From NCBI GenBank assembly GCA_020638655.1, contig JACKIC010000007.1, forward strand, positions 351,849 to 415,848: a stretch of 64,000 nt of DNA. Reading direction: 5' to 3'. Within the stretch, counting starts at the first letter, position 1. The number at the start of each line of letters is the position of its first letter. Made by a program: the position numbers and the translations under genes. Below the pieces are notes generated by a model. It had not been told where the DNA came from. It was given only the letters and a program-made list of their open reading frames with translations, and made no database searches. Source of the DNA: Planctomycetota bacterium (lineage in GTDB: Bacteria > Planctomycetota > UBA1135 > UBA2386). Shown piece after piece: positions 7,683-18,487 of this stretch.

Positions 7683-10202
7683 ATGTCCCGCACCGAGTCC
7701 TCAGCCCTGCCGCACGCCGTGGGAATGGCGGCGCGGACCGACCCGTTCGTGCTCGCGGCGTGGCTGCTGTGGTGCGCGGTCGCCGGCGCCGGGCTGGGCG
7801 TCGTGCACGGTTGTTGTGAGGTGCTGTGGCCGGCGCTGCTGGTGAGCCTCGGCGCCGCGTGCTGCGCTCGCGCCCTGACCGAGAGCGCCGGCGGGCGCAC
7901 CTTCCTCGCGGGGCTCGTCGTCGCCGCGGTCGCCGCGGTGGCGGTGCTCGGCCTCGCGCGCGACGCCACCTGGCCGGGGCCCGCTGAGTTGCTGGCCGGC
8001 GCGGTCGCGATCGGGGCGGCCTTCGGCCGGATCGTCGGCGCGCGCGCGGCGCCGCGGACCAGCGGCGAACTCGCGGCCGCGATCGCCGGTGCGGCGCTGG
8101 CGGCGGCGGCCGCGCACTACACCCCGCTCGCCTGGTCCTGGTTCGGGCCGCAAGCCGTCGTCGCCGCGCCGCTGTTCGGGCTGTTGCTGCTGTTGCCGCT
8201 GCTCGCCGAAGAACGGGCCTCCGGGTGCGCCGGCGCGCACCCGACCGATCGCCTCGCGGTCGCCGTGGCTCTGGTCGCGCTGGTTGGCCTGGGGCTGTGG
8301 GGCACCGACGACGCCGCGGCGCTGCCGTGGCGCGTGGCGCCGGCCGTGCTGTTGCTGCATGGCGCGGCGCTGCCCAGCCGCCGCTTGGTCGCGCTCGGCG
8401 CGGTCGCGGCCCTGGCCGCCGCGCCGATGATCGGCGGCGGCGCGGCGCTGCCGTCGCGCTACACGACCCTGCAGCGCGACGGTCGCGCGACGGCCGTCTA
8501 CGACCGGGCGACCCAGGAACTGCAGTTGCGCTGGGACGACGTGATCCTCGACGGAGCCGGCCCCGATCGGCCGCTGCCGCAGTTGCTGGCGACGTTGTTG
8601 CGCGCGGCTCTGCTGCCCGGTGATCGCGTGCTCCTGGTCGGGCTCGGCTGCGGGCGCCTGCCCGCGGCGCTGGCCGAGGCCGGCATCGGCGAGGTCGACG
8701 CGCTGTCGTTGCGCGCGGTGTCCCCGGCGCTGCGCGCCCGCCTGCAGCTCGACGGCCCGGTGCCGCTGCCGGCCGGCAGCGCGCCGGTGGCGATGCTGCC
8801 GTGTGCGCACGACCGGCCCTGGCGCGCGCAGCTGCGGCGGTTGCCCGCGGGTTCGCGGCAGGCGATCGTGATCGGCGAGCCGCTGCACGAACTCGCCACG
8901 GCGCAGGTCACCTTCGAGGTGCAGCGCGATCTGCGCCGCGTCGCGGGCGCCGGCCTGGTGCTGCAACCGTTCTGGCTCGATCGCGTGCCGTGCGCGCGGT
9001 TGCAGGCCCTGCTCGCGGCGGCGGCGGCGGCGCACGCGTGGAACGGCGTGTTCGCGGTCGGCGACTGCGGCGTGCTGGTGAGCGCCGGTGCGCCGCCGGA
9101 CTTCGCGGCCCGCGGCGCGTGGTCGGACTGGCCCGCGTCGGCGCGCTGGCTGGCCCACCGCGCGCACCTGGGGGGCGCGGCCGACGCGGACCTGGCGCGG
9201 CTGATCGTCGTCGACGCGGCGGCGGTGCCCGCGGCAGTCAGCGAGTTCGACGCCCTGCCGGCGCTCGGGGCGGTCGATCGCGGCGAGGTGCTAGCGCTGC
9301 TCGCGCGCGCGCAGGGCGCGCCGCCCGACGCGGCGTCCTTGCCGCGGCCGGCGGACGACAGTCTGTTCGCCGGATGGAGCCGCGTCGAAGCCGAGACCCG
9401 CCGCGCGGTGGCGACGATCCGCACCCTCGACGGCGAGGCGCTGGGCATGGCGGCGGCCTGGGCGCGCGCGCAGCAGCTCGCGGCCGCCAGTCTGCCGCGC
9501 GGCGCCCCGCGCGCCGAACTGCAGGCGGCGCTCGGCCTGCCCGGCGCCGACGGCGTGCCGCTGCTCGATCCCGGGGCCGCGGCCCTGCGGGCTCATTCGA
9601 TCGACCCGACGTTGTTCCATGAGACCCCGCGGATCTTCGCCGACCTGCCGCGGCCGAAGGCGTCGGCCGGCGACCTCGAGGACCTGGCGCGGTTGCCGGA
9701 GCCCGATCGGCTGGCCGAGCTGGCCAGCGGCACCGACGCGTTCGCGACGGCCCTGCGGGCCCGGTTCCCCAGCGACTGCGCGCGGGCCCTGCTCGCGCGG
9801 CTGCAGGCCGGCCCGCTCGACGAGGGGGCCTCGGTGGCCCTGCGCGAGCTCGCCGATCCGTTCGTCCTGGCCGAGGCCGGCCGCGTCGTCGGCGTGCCGG
9901 CGCGGCGCGCCGAACTGCTCGCCTGGTGGCGCGGCGACCTGCCGATGCCGGTCGCGCTGCAGCCGCTGGTCGTCGAGGCGCCGCTGCGGCTCGCTGCCGC
10001 GCTGCCGCGCCGCCGCGACGCCCGCGCCATGCTCGCGCTCGCCGATCTGCTGCTGTCGGACGATCTGCAGGTGCGCATCCGCGCCGCAGCGGCGCTGCGC
10101 GACGGCCCGGGGGCGGCGATCGCCTACGACCCGGAAGGTCCACCCGAGCAGCGGATCAGTGCGGCGGCGCGGCTGCGCTCGTTGCATAATCGCGCGCCAT
10201 GA
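7683..10202 (+). CDS. Large polytopic membrane protein with a spermidine-synthase/class-I-methyltransferase-like central module and a helical-repeat C-terminus
   Basis: 839 aa. The N-terminal roughly 270 aa are repeated hydrophobic helices. The centre reads YDRATQELQLRWDDVILDG...GDRVLLVGLGCGRLPAALAEAG (Gly-rich Rossmann motif). The C-terminus has HEAT-like LLLSDDLQVRIRAAAALRDG. Its stop overlaps the lpxD start (ATGA). Confidence 0.6.
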   Translation: MSRTESSALPHAVGMAARTDPFVLAAWLLWCAVAGAGLGVVHGCCEVLWPALLVSLGAACCARALTESAGGRTFLAGLVVAAVAAVAVLGLARDATWPGPAELLAGAVAIGAAFGRIVGARAAPRTSGELAAAIAGAALAAAAAHYTPLAWSWFGPQAVVAAPLFGLLLLLPLLAEERASGCAGAHPTDRLAVAVALVALVGLGLWGTDDAAALPWRVAPAVLLLHGAALPSRRLVALGAVAALAAAPMIGGGAALPSRYTTLQRDGRATAVYDRATQELQLRWDDVILDGAGPDRPLPQLLATLLRAALLPGDRVLLVGLGCGRLPAALAEAGIGEVDALSLRAVSPALRARLQLDGPVPLPAGSAPVAMLPCAHDRPWRAQLRRLPAGSRQAIVIGEPLHELATAQVTFEVQRDLRRVAGAGLVLQPFWLDRVPCARLQALLAAAAAAHAWNGVFAVGDCGVLVSAGAPPDFAARGAWSDWPASARWLAHRAHLGGAADADLARLIVVDAAAVPAAVSEFDALPALGAVDRGEVLALLARAQGAPPDAASLPRPADDSLFAGWSRVEAETRRAVATIRTLDGEALGMAAAWARAQQLAAASLPRGAPRAELQAALGLPGADGVPLLDPGAAALRAHSIDPTLFHETPRIFADLPRPKASAGDLEDLARLPEPDRLAELASGTDAFATALRARFPSDCARALLARLQAGPLDEGASVALRELADPFVLAEAGRVVGVPARRAELLAWWRGDLPMPVALQPLVVEAPLRLAAALPRRRDARAMLALADLLLSDDLQVRIRAAAALRDGPGAAIAYDPEGPPEQRISAAARLRSLHNRAP

Positions 10203-11176
10203 CGGATGTCACGGTTGCCGCGATCGCGGCCATGGTCGACGGTCGCCTGCGCGGTGACGGTGAGCGCATCATTCGCGGTCTGGGGGACCTGCGCACCGCG
10301 TCGGGCGACCGGCTCGGCTTCGTGCGCCACCAGCGCTACGCCGAACTCGCGCGCGCCACCAAGGCCGGCGCGGTGCTCTCGGCCATCGATCTGCAGACCC
10401 CGGCCAGCCTCGTGCTCGTCGAGGACGTGCACGTCGCCTACGCCAAGGTGGCGACGTTCTTCCATCCGCCGCCGCGCGCCGTCGAGAACGACGTCCATCC
10501 GCGCGCCTCGGTCGACGACGGCGCCGAGCTCGAGGGCCCCGTGCGCATCGGCGCCAACGCCACGGTCGGCAAGTGCAAGATCGGCGCGGGCACCGTGATC
10601 ATGCCGGGCGTGGTGATCCTCGACGGCGCGGTGATCGGCCGCGACTGCGTGCTCTACCCCAACGTCACCATCTACGGCGGCGTGCGGCTCGGCGATCGCG
10701 TGATCCTGCACGGCGGCACCGTCATCGGCAGCGACGGGTTCGGCTTCGCCCGCGACCAGCAGGGCTGGCTCAAGGTGCCGCAGCTCGGCGGCGTGGTGAT
10801 CGAGGACGACGTCGAGTTCCAGGCCGGCTGCGTCGTCGATCGCGGCGCCCTCGGCGACACCCGGATCGGCGCCGGCAGCAAGTTCGACAACCACTGTCAC
10901 ATCGCCCACAACGTCGTGATCGGTCGCGACGTGGTGATGGCGGCGGGCTGCAGCGTCGCCGGCTCGGCGACCGTCGGCGACCGCTGCATCTTCGCGGGGC
11001 TGGTCGGCATCAACGGCCACTGCAACGTCGCCGCCGACGTGCGCATCGGCGGCGGCACCAACCTGTTCAAGGACCTCAACGAGTCCGGCGACTACATGGG
11101 CAACCCGACGGTGCCGCTCAAGGAGCACGTGCGGATGATGCGCAAACTCAAGCAGATGGGGCGCGAGTCGTCCTGA
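10199..11176 (+). CDS. lpxD: UDP-3-O-acylglucosamine N-acyltransferase
   Basis: 325 aa with the LpxD N-terminal domain followed by a long hexapeptide-repeat left-handed beta-helix region. Confidence 0.9.
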   Translation: MTDVTVAAIAAMVDGRLRGDGERIIRGLGDLRTASGDRLGFVRHQRYAELARATKAGAVLSAIDLQTPASLVLVEDVHVAYAKVATFFHPPPRAVENDVHPRASVDDGAELEGPVRIGANATVGKCKIGAGTVIMPGVVILDGAVIGRDCVLYPNVTIYGGVRLGDRVILHGGTVIGSDGFGFARDQQGWLKVPQLGGVVIEDDVEFQAGCVVDRGALGDTRIGAGSKFDNHCHIAHNVVIGRDVVMAAGCSVAGSATVGDRCIFAGLVGINGHCNVAADVRIGGGTNLFKDLNESGDYMGNPTVPLKEHVRMMRKLKQMGRESS

Positions 11177-11204
11177 GCACGCGGTCCGATCGCGCCGGCT
11201 GCGA

Positions 11205-12281
11205 TCACTGCGGCAGCCACTGGGGCAGGCGCTGGCCGATCGCGGCGCGGATCTCGTCGCGCGCGCGGCGGTAGTGCTGCAGTTCGCCGCCGTAGGGGTC
11301 GGCGATGTCGTGACCGTCCGGGCGCAGCAGGTGCACGCGGCTGGCGACTTCGGGCATCTCGGCGAGGATCGCGCGGCGGTGGCTCTCGCCCAGGCAGTAG
11401 ATGTGGTCGGCGGCCCGCACCAGTTCGTGGTCGATCTGGCGGCTCTGGTGCGCACCGAGGTCGAGACCGATCTCCGCGGCCGCGAGCACGCTGTTCTCGC
11501 TCGCCGGCATGCCGTCGTAGGTGCTGGTGCCGGCGCTCGCGAACGCGTAGCCGCAACTCAGCACCTCGTCCGCGGCCACGCCGAGCTGGCGCGCGGTGAG
11601 GTCGCGCGCGATCGCCTCGGCGAGCGGCGAGCGGCAGGTGTTGCCGGTGCAGACGAACACCACCAGTTCGGCGGCCGTCTCGAACACTTCCCGCGCGGAG
11701 AGGATGCCCTCGCGCAGCACCTGCAGGCGCTGGCCCGCGAGGCGCACCACGGTCGAAGCCGAGCCGAGCGGCGACGGGCCGTCGTCGACGATCAAGGCCA
11801 GGTGCGCGCCGAACTGCGCCTCGATCGCGGCGGCGTCGAGCAGCGGCGGCGTGCCGGTGGCGTTGACGCTGGTCAGCCACAGCGGCTCGCCGGCGGCGGC
11901 GATGACCGCGCGCGTGAACTCGTTGGCCGGGACGCGCATGCCCACGTCGGCGCCGTCGCGGCCCGGCATCACCAGGCTCAGCGGCCCCGGCCAGTAGCGC
12001 TTCACCAGCGGCGTCACACGCGGCGACAGCGGCCCGACCAGCGCTTCGGCCGCAGCGGCATCGGCGAGGTGGAAGGTGAACGGGTGGTCCTCGGCGCGGC
12101 CCTTCATCAACCTGGCGCGGCTCAGGGCCGCGGCGTTGCTCGGCAGCAGCGCGAGCCCGTAGACGGTCTCGGTCGGCAGCACGCAGAGCTCGCCGGCGCG
12201 CAGGTGACGGACCGCCGCGGCGACCAGTTCGGCGCGGTCCGGCGGGGTGAGTTTGCGTCGTGCACACGGCATCGGCGGCAC
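11205..12281 (-). CDS. Fusion: threonylcarbamoyl-AMP synthase (TsaC/YwlC/Sua5-type YrdC domain) plus low-molecular-weight protein phosphatase (YwlE-like)
   Basis: N-terminal half: LPTETVYGLA...YWPGPLSLVM...LWLTSVNATG (YrdC fold). C-terminal half: VFVCTGNTCRSPLAEA (CX5R-S P-loop) and DIADPYGG (general acid). Confidence 0.85.
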   Translation of the reverse strand: MPPMPCARRKLTPPDRAELVAAAVRHLRAGELCVLPTETVYGLALLPSNAAALSRARLMKGRAEDHPFTFHLADAAAAEALVGPLSPRVTPLVKRYWPGPLSLVMPGRDGADVGMRVPANEFTRAVIAAAGEPLWLTSVNATGTPPLLDAAAIEAQFGAHLALIVDDGPSPLGSASTVVRLAGQRLQVLREGILSAREVFETAAELVVFVCTGNTCRSPLAEAIARDLTARQLGVAADEVLSCGYAFASAGTSTYDGMPASENSVLAAAEIGLDLGAHQSRQIDHELVRAADHIYCLGESHRRAILAEMPEVASRVHLLRPDGHDIADPYGGELQHYRRARDEIRAAIGQRLPQWLPQ

Positions 12282-12376
12282 GATACCGGCAACGCCGCCG
12301 AGCCCCAGGACCGGTCGCCGAAACGGCAGCCGGCGCGAGCATTCGCGCGGGCCGGCGCCTATCGTTCTCCGGCTCC

Positions 12377-13122
12377 ATGTCCCAGTCCGTCCGCGAAGAA
12401 CGGCTCACTCGGATCCGCACCCAGCGACTCGCCCGGCTCGGGACCCTGCTCGCCGGGTTCGCCCACGAGGTGCGCAACCCCCTGAGCACCATCGGGCTCA
12501 ACCTGCAGCTGGTGCTCGAGGACTTCGAAGACCCCGAGACGCCGCGCGACAAGCGCACCCAGAAGCGGCTCGGCACCGTGCAGAACGAGGTCAAGCGGCT
12601 GCAGACGATCCTCGAGGAGTTCCTCGGCTTCGCCCGCGCGCCCGAGCCGCGGCTGGTGCCGGTCGACCTCAACGAGAAGTTGCGCGCGTTGATCGAGTTC
12701 CACGAGCCCGACCTGCGCGACGCCGACGTGTCGCTGCGCTTCTATCCAGGCGCCGGCGTCGGCCAGGTGCCGGTCGACTGGGACCACCTGCAGGCCGCCG
12801 TCGTCAACCTGATCCGCAACGCCAAGGAGGCGACGCCGCGCGGCGGCGAGGTGCTGGTCTCGACGGTGCGTGAGCCGGCCGCCGTGCTGCTGCGCGTCAC
12901 CGACACCGGCGCGGGCATCCCCGCCGAGCTGCAGCCGCGCGTGTTCGAGCCCTACTTCAGCACCAAGAAGGCCGGCACCGGGCTCGGTCTGCCGACCGTG
13001 CGGCGCGTCGCCGAAGAGCACGGCGGCACCGTCGGCCTGCAGAGCGACGTCGGCAAGGGCACCCAGTTCACGATCAGCCTGCCGACCCATCCGGTGGTGG
13101 AAGGCGACGGCGAGGGCACGCG

Positions 13123-13126
<4 letters not shown>
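12377..13126 (+). CDS. Soluble histidine kinase with no recognisable sensor domain (HisKA + HATPase_c)
   Basis: H-box LLAGFAHEVRNPLSTI, N-box NLIRNAKEA, G1 DTGAGIP, G2 KKAGTGLGL. Start taken at MSQSVREERL (39 codons inside ORF 12260..). The stop overlaps the next start (ATGA). Confidence 0.85.
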
Positions 13127-14472
<1,346 letters not shown>

Positions 14473-14563
14473 GGGGACTGCTGGCTTCGATGGGGGCGCA
14501 CTTCGGGCCGGTTTTTCCGCGAGGTGTCCCCCGGGCCGCCGCCTACAGTCACCCGACGCGACC

Positions 14564-15547
14564 ATGAGTGAATCCCCAGCCAAGTCCGTGATGCAGGACG
14601 GTCTCGCCTTCGAGCGGCCGCTCAACGAGCTGCAGCAGAAGATCGACGAACTGCGCAAGCTCAAGCAGGACACGCACCTCGACCTCGACGGCGAGATCGA
14701 GCTGCTCGAGGACCGCAAGCGGCGCGAGACCGCCGACGTCTACAGCAAGCTGTCGCCCTGGGAGCGCGTCAACGTCGCGCGACACGCCGACCGGCCGCTG
14801 ACCAGCGACTACATGCAGCTGATGCTCGACGACTTCGTCGAGCTGCACGGCGACCGGGTGTTCGGCGAGGACCGGGCGATCGTGACCGGTCTGGCCAGCA
14901 TGGACGGCGTGCGCTTCCTGCTCGTCGGCCACCGCAAGGGCAAGACCGTCAAGGACCGTCTGGCGTGCAACTTCGGTTGCGCGCACCCCGAGGGCTACCG
15001 CAAGGCGATGCAGAAGATGCGCCTCGCCGAGAAGATGAAGCTGCCGATCGTGACCTTCATCAACACGCCCGGCGCCTATCCGGGCATCGGCGCGGAGGAG
15101 CGCGGCCAGGCCGCGGCGATCGCGCAGAACATCTACGACATGTTCGAGCTGCGGGTGCCGATCGTCTGCCTGGTGATCGGCGAAGGCGGCTCGGGCGGCG
15201 CGCTAGGCATCGGCGTCGGCGACCGCGTCGGCATGCTCGAGAACAGTTACTACTCGGTGATCTCGCCCGAAGGCTGCGCCGCGATTCTCTGGAAGGCGGG
15301 CGACAAGGCCCCCGAGGCCGCCGAGGCGCTCAAGCTGACCAGCAAGGACCTGCGTCGGCTGGGGCTGGTCGACGAGGTGATCGAGGAGCCGCTCGGCGGC
15401 GCGCACCGCGACCCCAAGGGCGCGATCGAGCGCGTCAAGGCGCAGATCCTGACCTGGTTGCGCGAGCTGCAGGCGACGCCGATCGAGGAGCTGTTGGCGC
15501 AGCGCTACCGGAAGTTCCGGTCGATGGGGCAGCCGACCTCGGGCTGA
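14564..15547 (+). CDS. accA: Acetyl-CoA carboxylase carboxyltransferase alpha subunit
   Basis: 327 aa. LDFERPL-type N-terminus, then IVTFINTPGAYPGIGAEERGQAAAIA and VIGEGGSGGALG blocks. Confidence 0.93.
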   Translation: MSESPAKSVMQDGLAFERPLNELQQKIDELRKLKQDTHLDLDGEIELLEDRKRRETADVYSKLSPWERVNVARHADRPLTSDYMQLMLDDFVELHGDRVFGEDRAIVTGLASMDGVRFLLVGHRKGKTVKDRLACNFGCAHPEGYRKAMQKMRLAEKMKLPIVTFINTPGAYPGIGAEERGQAAAIAQNIYDMFELRVPIVCLVIGEGGSGGALGIGVGDRVGMLENSYYSVISPEGCAAILWKAGDKAPEAAEALKLTSKDLRRLGLVDEVIEEPLGGAHRDPKGAIERVKAQILTWLRELQATPIEELLAQRYRKFRSMGQPTSG

Positions 15548-15599
15548 CAGGCAACTTTCCCAGGGTCGCCGCCAGCGCCCGTCGTCCGGGCTCCGTAGC

Positions 15600-16382
15600 A
15601 TGCGGCACCAAACGATGGCGACCGCTCCGCGACCCGACCCAGCCAGTGTTCCCCAGCCGCCCGCAGGCCCGCCGGCGGCCCGCGGCGCCAGCGACGTCTC
15701 GCTGCCCGGGGGGCTGTCCGCGGCCGTGCTGCAGCTTGCCGCCGCGCCGCAGATCGACGACGGCGAGCTGGTGCGGCGCACCCGGGCCGGCCAGGAGGAC
15801 GCGTTCGCGGCGTTGGTCGCGCGCTACCAGAAGCGCGCCTTCTGGATCGCCTTCCACGTCGTCGGCCGCGTCGAGGAGGCGCGCGACGTGGCCCAGGAGG
15901 CGTTCGTGCGGCTGTTCCGCTCGCTCGACAAGTACGACTTCGCGCGCAGCTTCTACACGTGGTTCTACCGCATCGTGATGAACCTCGCGATCGACTACCT
16001 GCGCAAGATCAAGAGCGCGCGCAGCAGCAGCATCGAGGACTTCGTGACGCTGCTGCCCGACGAGCGCGAGCCGCGCGGTTCGCAGGCGCTCGAGCGGGCC
16101 GAGGAGAACGCGCAGGTCTGGACCGTGCTCGAGAAGATCGACCCCAAGCTGCGGGCGGTGATCGTGATGCGCGACATCCACGGCCTGTCGTGCCGCGAGA
16201 TCGCGCCGATCCTGCGCATCACCCACGCCACGGCGCGCTGGCGGCTGCACCGCGGCCGTCAGGTGTTCCGCGAGTACTGGGAACGTCTGGTCTACGACGT
16301 CGACGAGCGGCGCGCACGGCAGGTGCGCGCGCAGGCGGGCAACGAGCCTGGCGAACTCGAGAACGGGAGCTGTGAGCAATGA
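15600..16382 (+). CDS. ECF (sigma-70 family group 4) sigma factor
   Basis: Region 2 (AFAALVARYQKRAFWIAFHVVG...DVAQEAFVRLF) and region 4 (LSCREIAPILRITHATARWRLHRGR). The N-terminus may be shorter. The stop overlaps the next start. Confidence 0.88.
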   Translation: MRHQTMATAPRPDPASVPQPPAGPPAARGASDVSLPGGLSAAVLQLAAAPQIDDGELVRRTRAGQEDAFAALVARYQKRAFWIAFHVVGRVEEARDVAQEAFVRLFRSLDKYDFARSFYTWFYRIVMNLAIDYLRKIKSARSSSIEDFVTLLPDEREPRGSQALERAEENAQVWTVLEKIDPKLRAVIVMRDIHGLSCREIAPILRITHATARWRLHRGRQVFREYWERLVYDVDERRARQVRAQAGNEPGELENGSCEQ

Positions 16383-17047
16383 GCGCGCCCGATCCGTCGC
16401 GTCTGGCCGAGTGCGAGCGGCTCTGCGCCGAGCTGCCGTTGTTCGTCGGTGACGACCTGGGCCGTGACGTGGCCGGCGCCGAGCGCGCGCGCTGGGTGCG
16501 CGAGCACCTGAAGGGTTGTGCGCGGTGCCGCCGCCACGCGAGCGCGCTGCAGCAGGCGCGCAAGGCGCTGCAGCAGTTCGGTCGGGCGACGCCCGACGGG
16601 GTCGACGAGGAGTTCTTCACGGACCTGCACGAGCGGGTCCTGAGCGAGACGGTGCACGCGCCGATCGGTGGGGCGTGGCGCGACCGGGTTTCGATCGGCC
16701 GGCTGTCGGGGCTGGCCGCCGCCGCGATGCTGCTGTTCGCGCTCGGCTTCTGGCTCGTCGATCTGTCGACTGGCGACAGTGTGCTGCGCCGGCCGCCGCT
16801 GGTGCTCGATGCCAGCGCGCCGCGACCGGACGGTGGGCGCGACGACCTGGTGCGCGCCGTGCCCTACGCGGGGGGGCGCGTGGAGCTCAAGCTGCTGGGC
16901 TACCAGGACGGCGGCGCGGTCGGCCAGGGCATGGCCGGTCGGCTCGACCTGCGTCTGCTCGGTGACGAGGCGCGTTTGCCGTCGCGGCAGACTGGCGGAG
17001 CGACGACTGGCGGAGCGGCGGCGGACGGGGCGGCGCAGCACCGCTGA
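16379..17047 (+). CDS. Anti-sigma factor (zf-HC2 type, single-pass membrane)
   Basis: HLKGCARCRRH zinc-finger motif near the N-terminus, one TM segment (LSGLAAAAMLLFALGFWLV), ATGA-coupled to the ECF sigma gene. Confidence 0.75.
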   Translation: MSAPDPSRLAECERLCAELPLFVGDDLGRDVAGAERARWVREHLKGCARCRRHASALQQARKALQQFGRATPDGVDEEFFTDLHERVLSETVHAPIGGAWRDRVSIGRLSGLAAAAMLLFALGFWLVDLSTGDSVLRRPPLVLDASAPRPDGGRDDLVRAVPYAGGRVELKLLGYQDGGAVGQGMAGRLDLRLLGDEARLPSRQTGGATTGGAAADGAAQHR

Positions 17048-17182
17048 GGGCCGCGGCCCCGACCCGGTGGGCCGTTCCGCCGTCGGAGTCTTTGCGCGCC
17101 GGACACGTTGGTGGCCCTTGTGCGGCCTGTCCTCACGGGCGGCCCGCACCGAGTTCTCAGCCACAACCAGGAGATCCCTCAG

Positions 17183-18481
17183 ATGATCGACATGCGTTCC
17201 CTGTTCCTCGTCGCCGGCATGGGGCTGGCGACCTGCCTGCCGGCCCAGGCCGGCAAGTCCGAAGGCAATCACGACGTCGCACCGCCGTCGGCTGCCGGCG
17301 CGAAGGAGAAGGTCGAACGTTCCGTCGCGCAGTGGATCGAGCAGCTCGGCAGCGACAGCTTCCGGTTGCGCGTCGAGGCGGAGAACGCCCTGCGCGACCT
17401 CGGCGACAAGGCCCTGTCGGAGCTCAAGACCGCGGCGGACGAGTCCGACGACAGCGAGGTGCAGTGGCGTGCCCGTCGTCTGGTGCGCCAGATCGAGCGC
17501 GGCGACGCGGCGCCGCAGGGGTTGCAGCGCGACCCGCGCCGGCAGGATCCGCAACCCGGCCAGCTGCCGAAGGTGCAGCCGCCTGCGCCGCAGGCCGGCG
17601 GCAGGCAGCCCGGCGCGGCGCCGGACCAGTTCGACGACATGCAGCGCCGCTTCGACAAGATGTTCGGTGAGCTCGAGCGCGACTTCGGCATCGCGGTGCC
17701 GCGGCGCAGCTTCTTCGGCGACGACTTCTTCAAGGACATCACCGAGCAGATGGAGCAGCTGCGCCAGAACGGCGGTGGCGCCAGCGTGCAGCACGGCATG
17801 TCGATGCAGATCGGCGCCGATGGCGCAGTGCACGTCGAGATCGAGCAGCAGGGCGACGACGGCAAGTCCGAGAAGAAGGTCTACGACGCGCCCAGCCTCG
17901 AGGAGTTCAACAAGCAGTACCCCGGTGTGCTGCAGAACCAGGGTCTCGGCGGCAACGGCCTGCCGTTCCGCTTCTGGGTCGGCCGCGGTGGGCAGCCCGG
18001 CGGCGCGATGCCGCGGCTGATGCCGCGCGTGGGCCAGCCGCAGGTCGACGTGCCGTTCGTCGACGTCACCCCGCAGACCCCGGTGCACGTCGCGGTCGCC
18101 TCGGGTGAGGTGCTCGGCGTGCAGGTGCGCCCCGAGATCGGCGCGGACCTGCGTGAGCACCTCGGGCTCGCGGACGATCAGGGCCTGATGGTCGAGGCGG
18201 TCACGCCCGATTCGCTGGCCAGCACCATGGGGCTGCAGCGCGGCGACATCGTGCTCGAGGTCGCCGGCAACGCGATCGGTGAGCCCGCGGATGTGCGCAA
18301 GGCGCTGGCCGCGGTCGCACCAGGCAAGACCGTCGAGGTCGTGTGCCTGCGCAAGGGCGCGCGCACCACGCTCAAGGCCGAGAAGCCGGCCGCGGTCAAG
18401 CTCGAGAAGGCCGACGAGGCGGGCAAGTCCGCGGGCCGCCTGCAGAAGCGCGAGCGCAAGGACGGCGAGACGATCCGCTGA
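17183..18481 (+). CDS. Secreted PDZ-domain protein downstream of the ECF/anti-sigma pair
   Basis: An AGGAGA motif lies about 8 nt upstream of ATG 17183. Signal peptide MIDMRSLFLVAGMGLATCLPAQA. C-terminal PDZ (GLMVEAVTPDSLASTMGLQRGDIVLEVAG). Confidence 0.7.
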   Translation: MIDMRSLFLVAGMGLATCLPAQAGKSEGNHDVAPPSAAGAKEKVERSVAQWIEQLGSDSFRLRVEAENALRDLGDKALSELKTAADESDDSEVQWRARRLVRQIERGDAAPQGLQRDPRRQDPQPGQLPKVQPPAPQAGGRQPGAAPDQFDDMQRRFDKMFGELERDFGIAVPRRSFFGDDFFKDITEQMEQLRQNGGGASVQHGMSMQIGADGAVHVEIEQQGDDGKSEKKVYDAPSLEEFNKQYPGVLQNQGLGGNGLPFRFWVGRGGQPGGAMPRLMPRVGQPQVDVPFVDVTPQTPVHVAVASGEVLGVQVRPEIGADLREHLGLADDQGLMVEAVTPDSLASTMGLQRGDIVLEVAGNAIGEPADVRKALAAVAPGKTVEVVCLRKGARTTLKAEKPAAVKLEKADEAGKSAGRLQKRERKDGETIR

Positions 18482-18487
18482 GCGGCG

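Noticed and set aside
17095-17125. Weak GG-N10-GC (tggtggcccttgtgc) upstream of the PDZ gene as a sigma-54 promoter
   Set aside because: Only the GG/GC dinucleotides match. The gene is more plausibly driven by the adjacent ECF sigma factor or by read-through.
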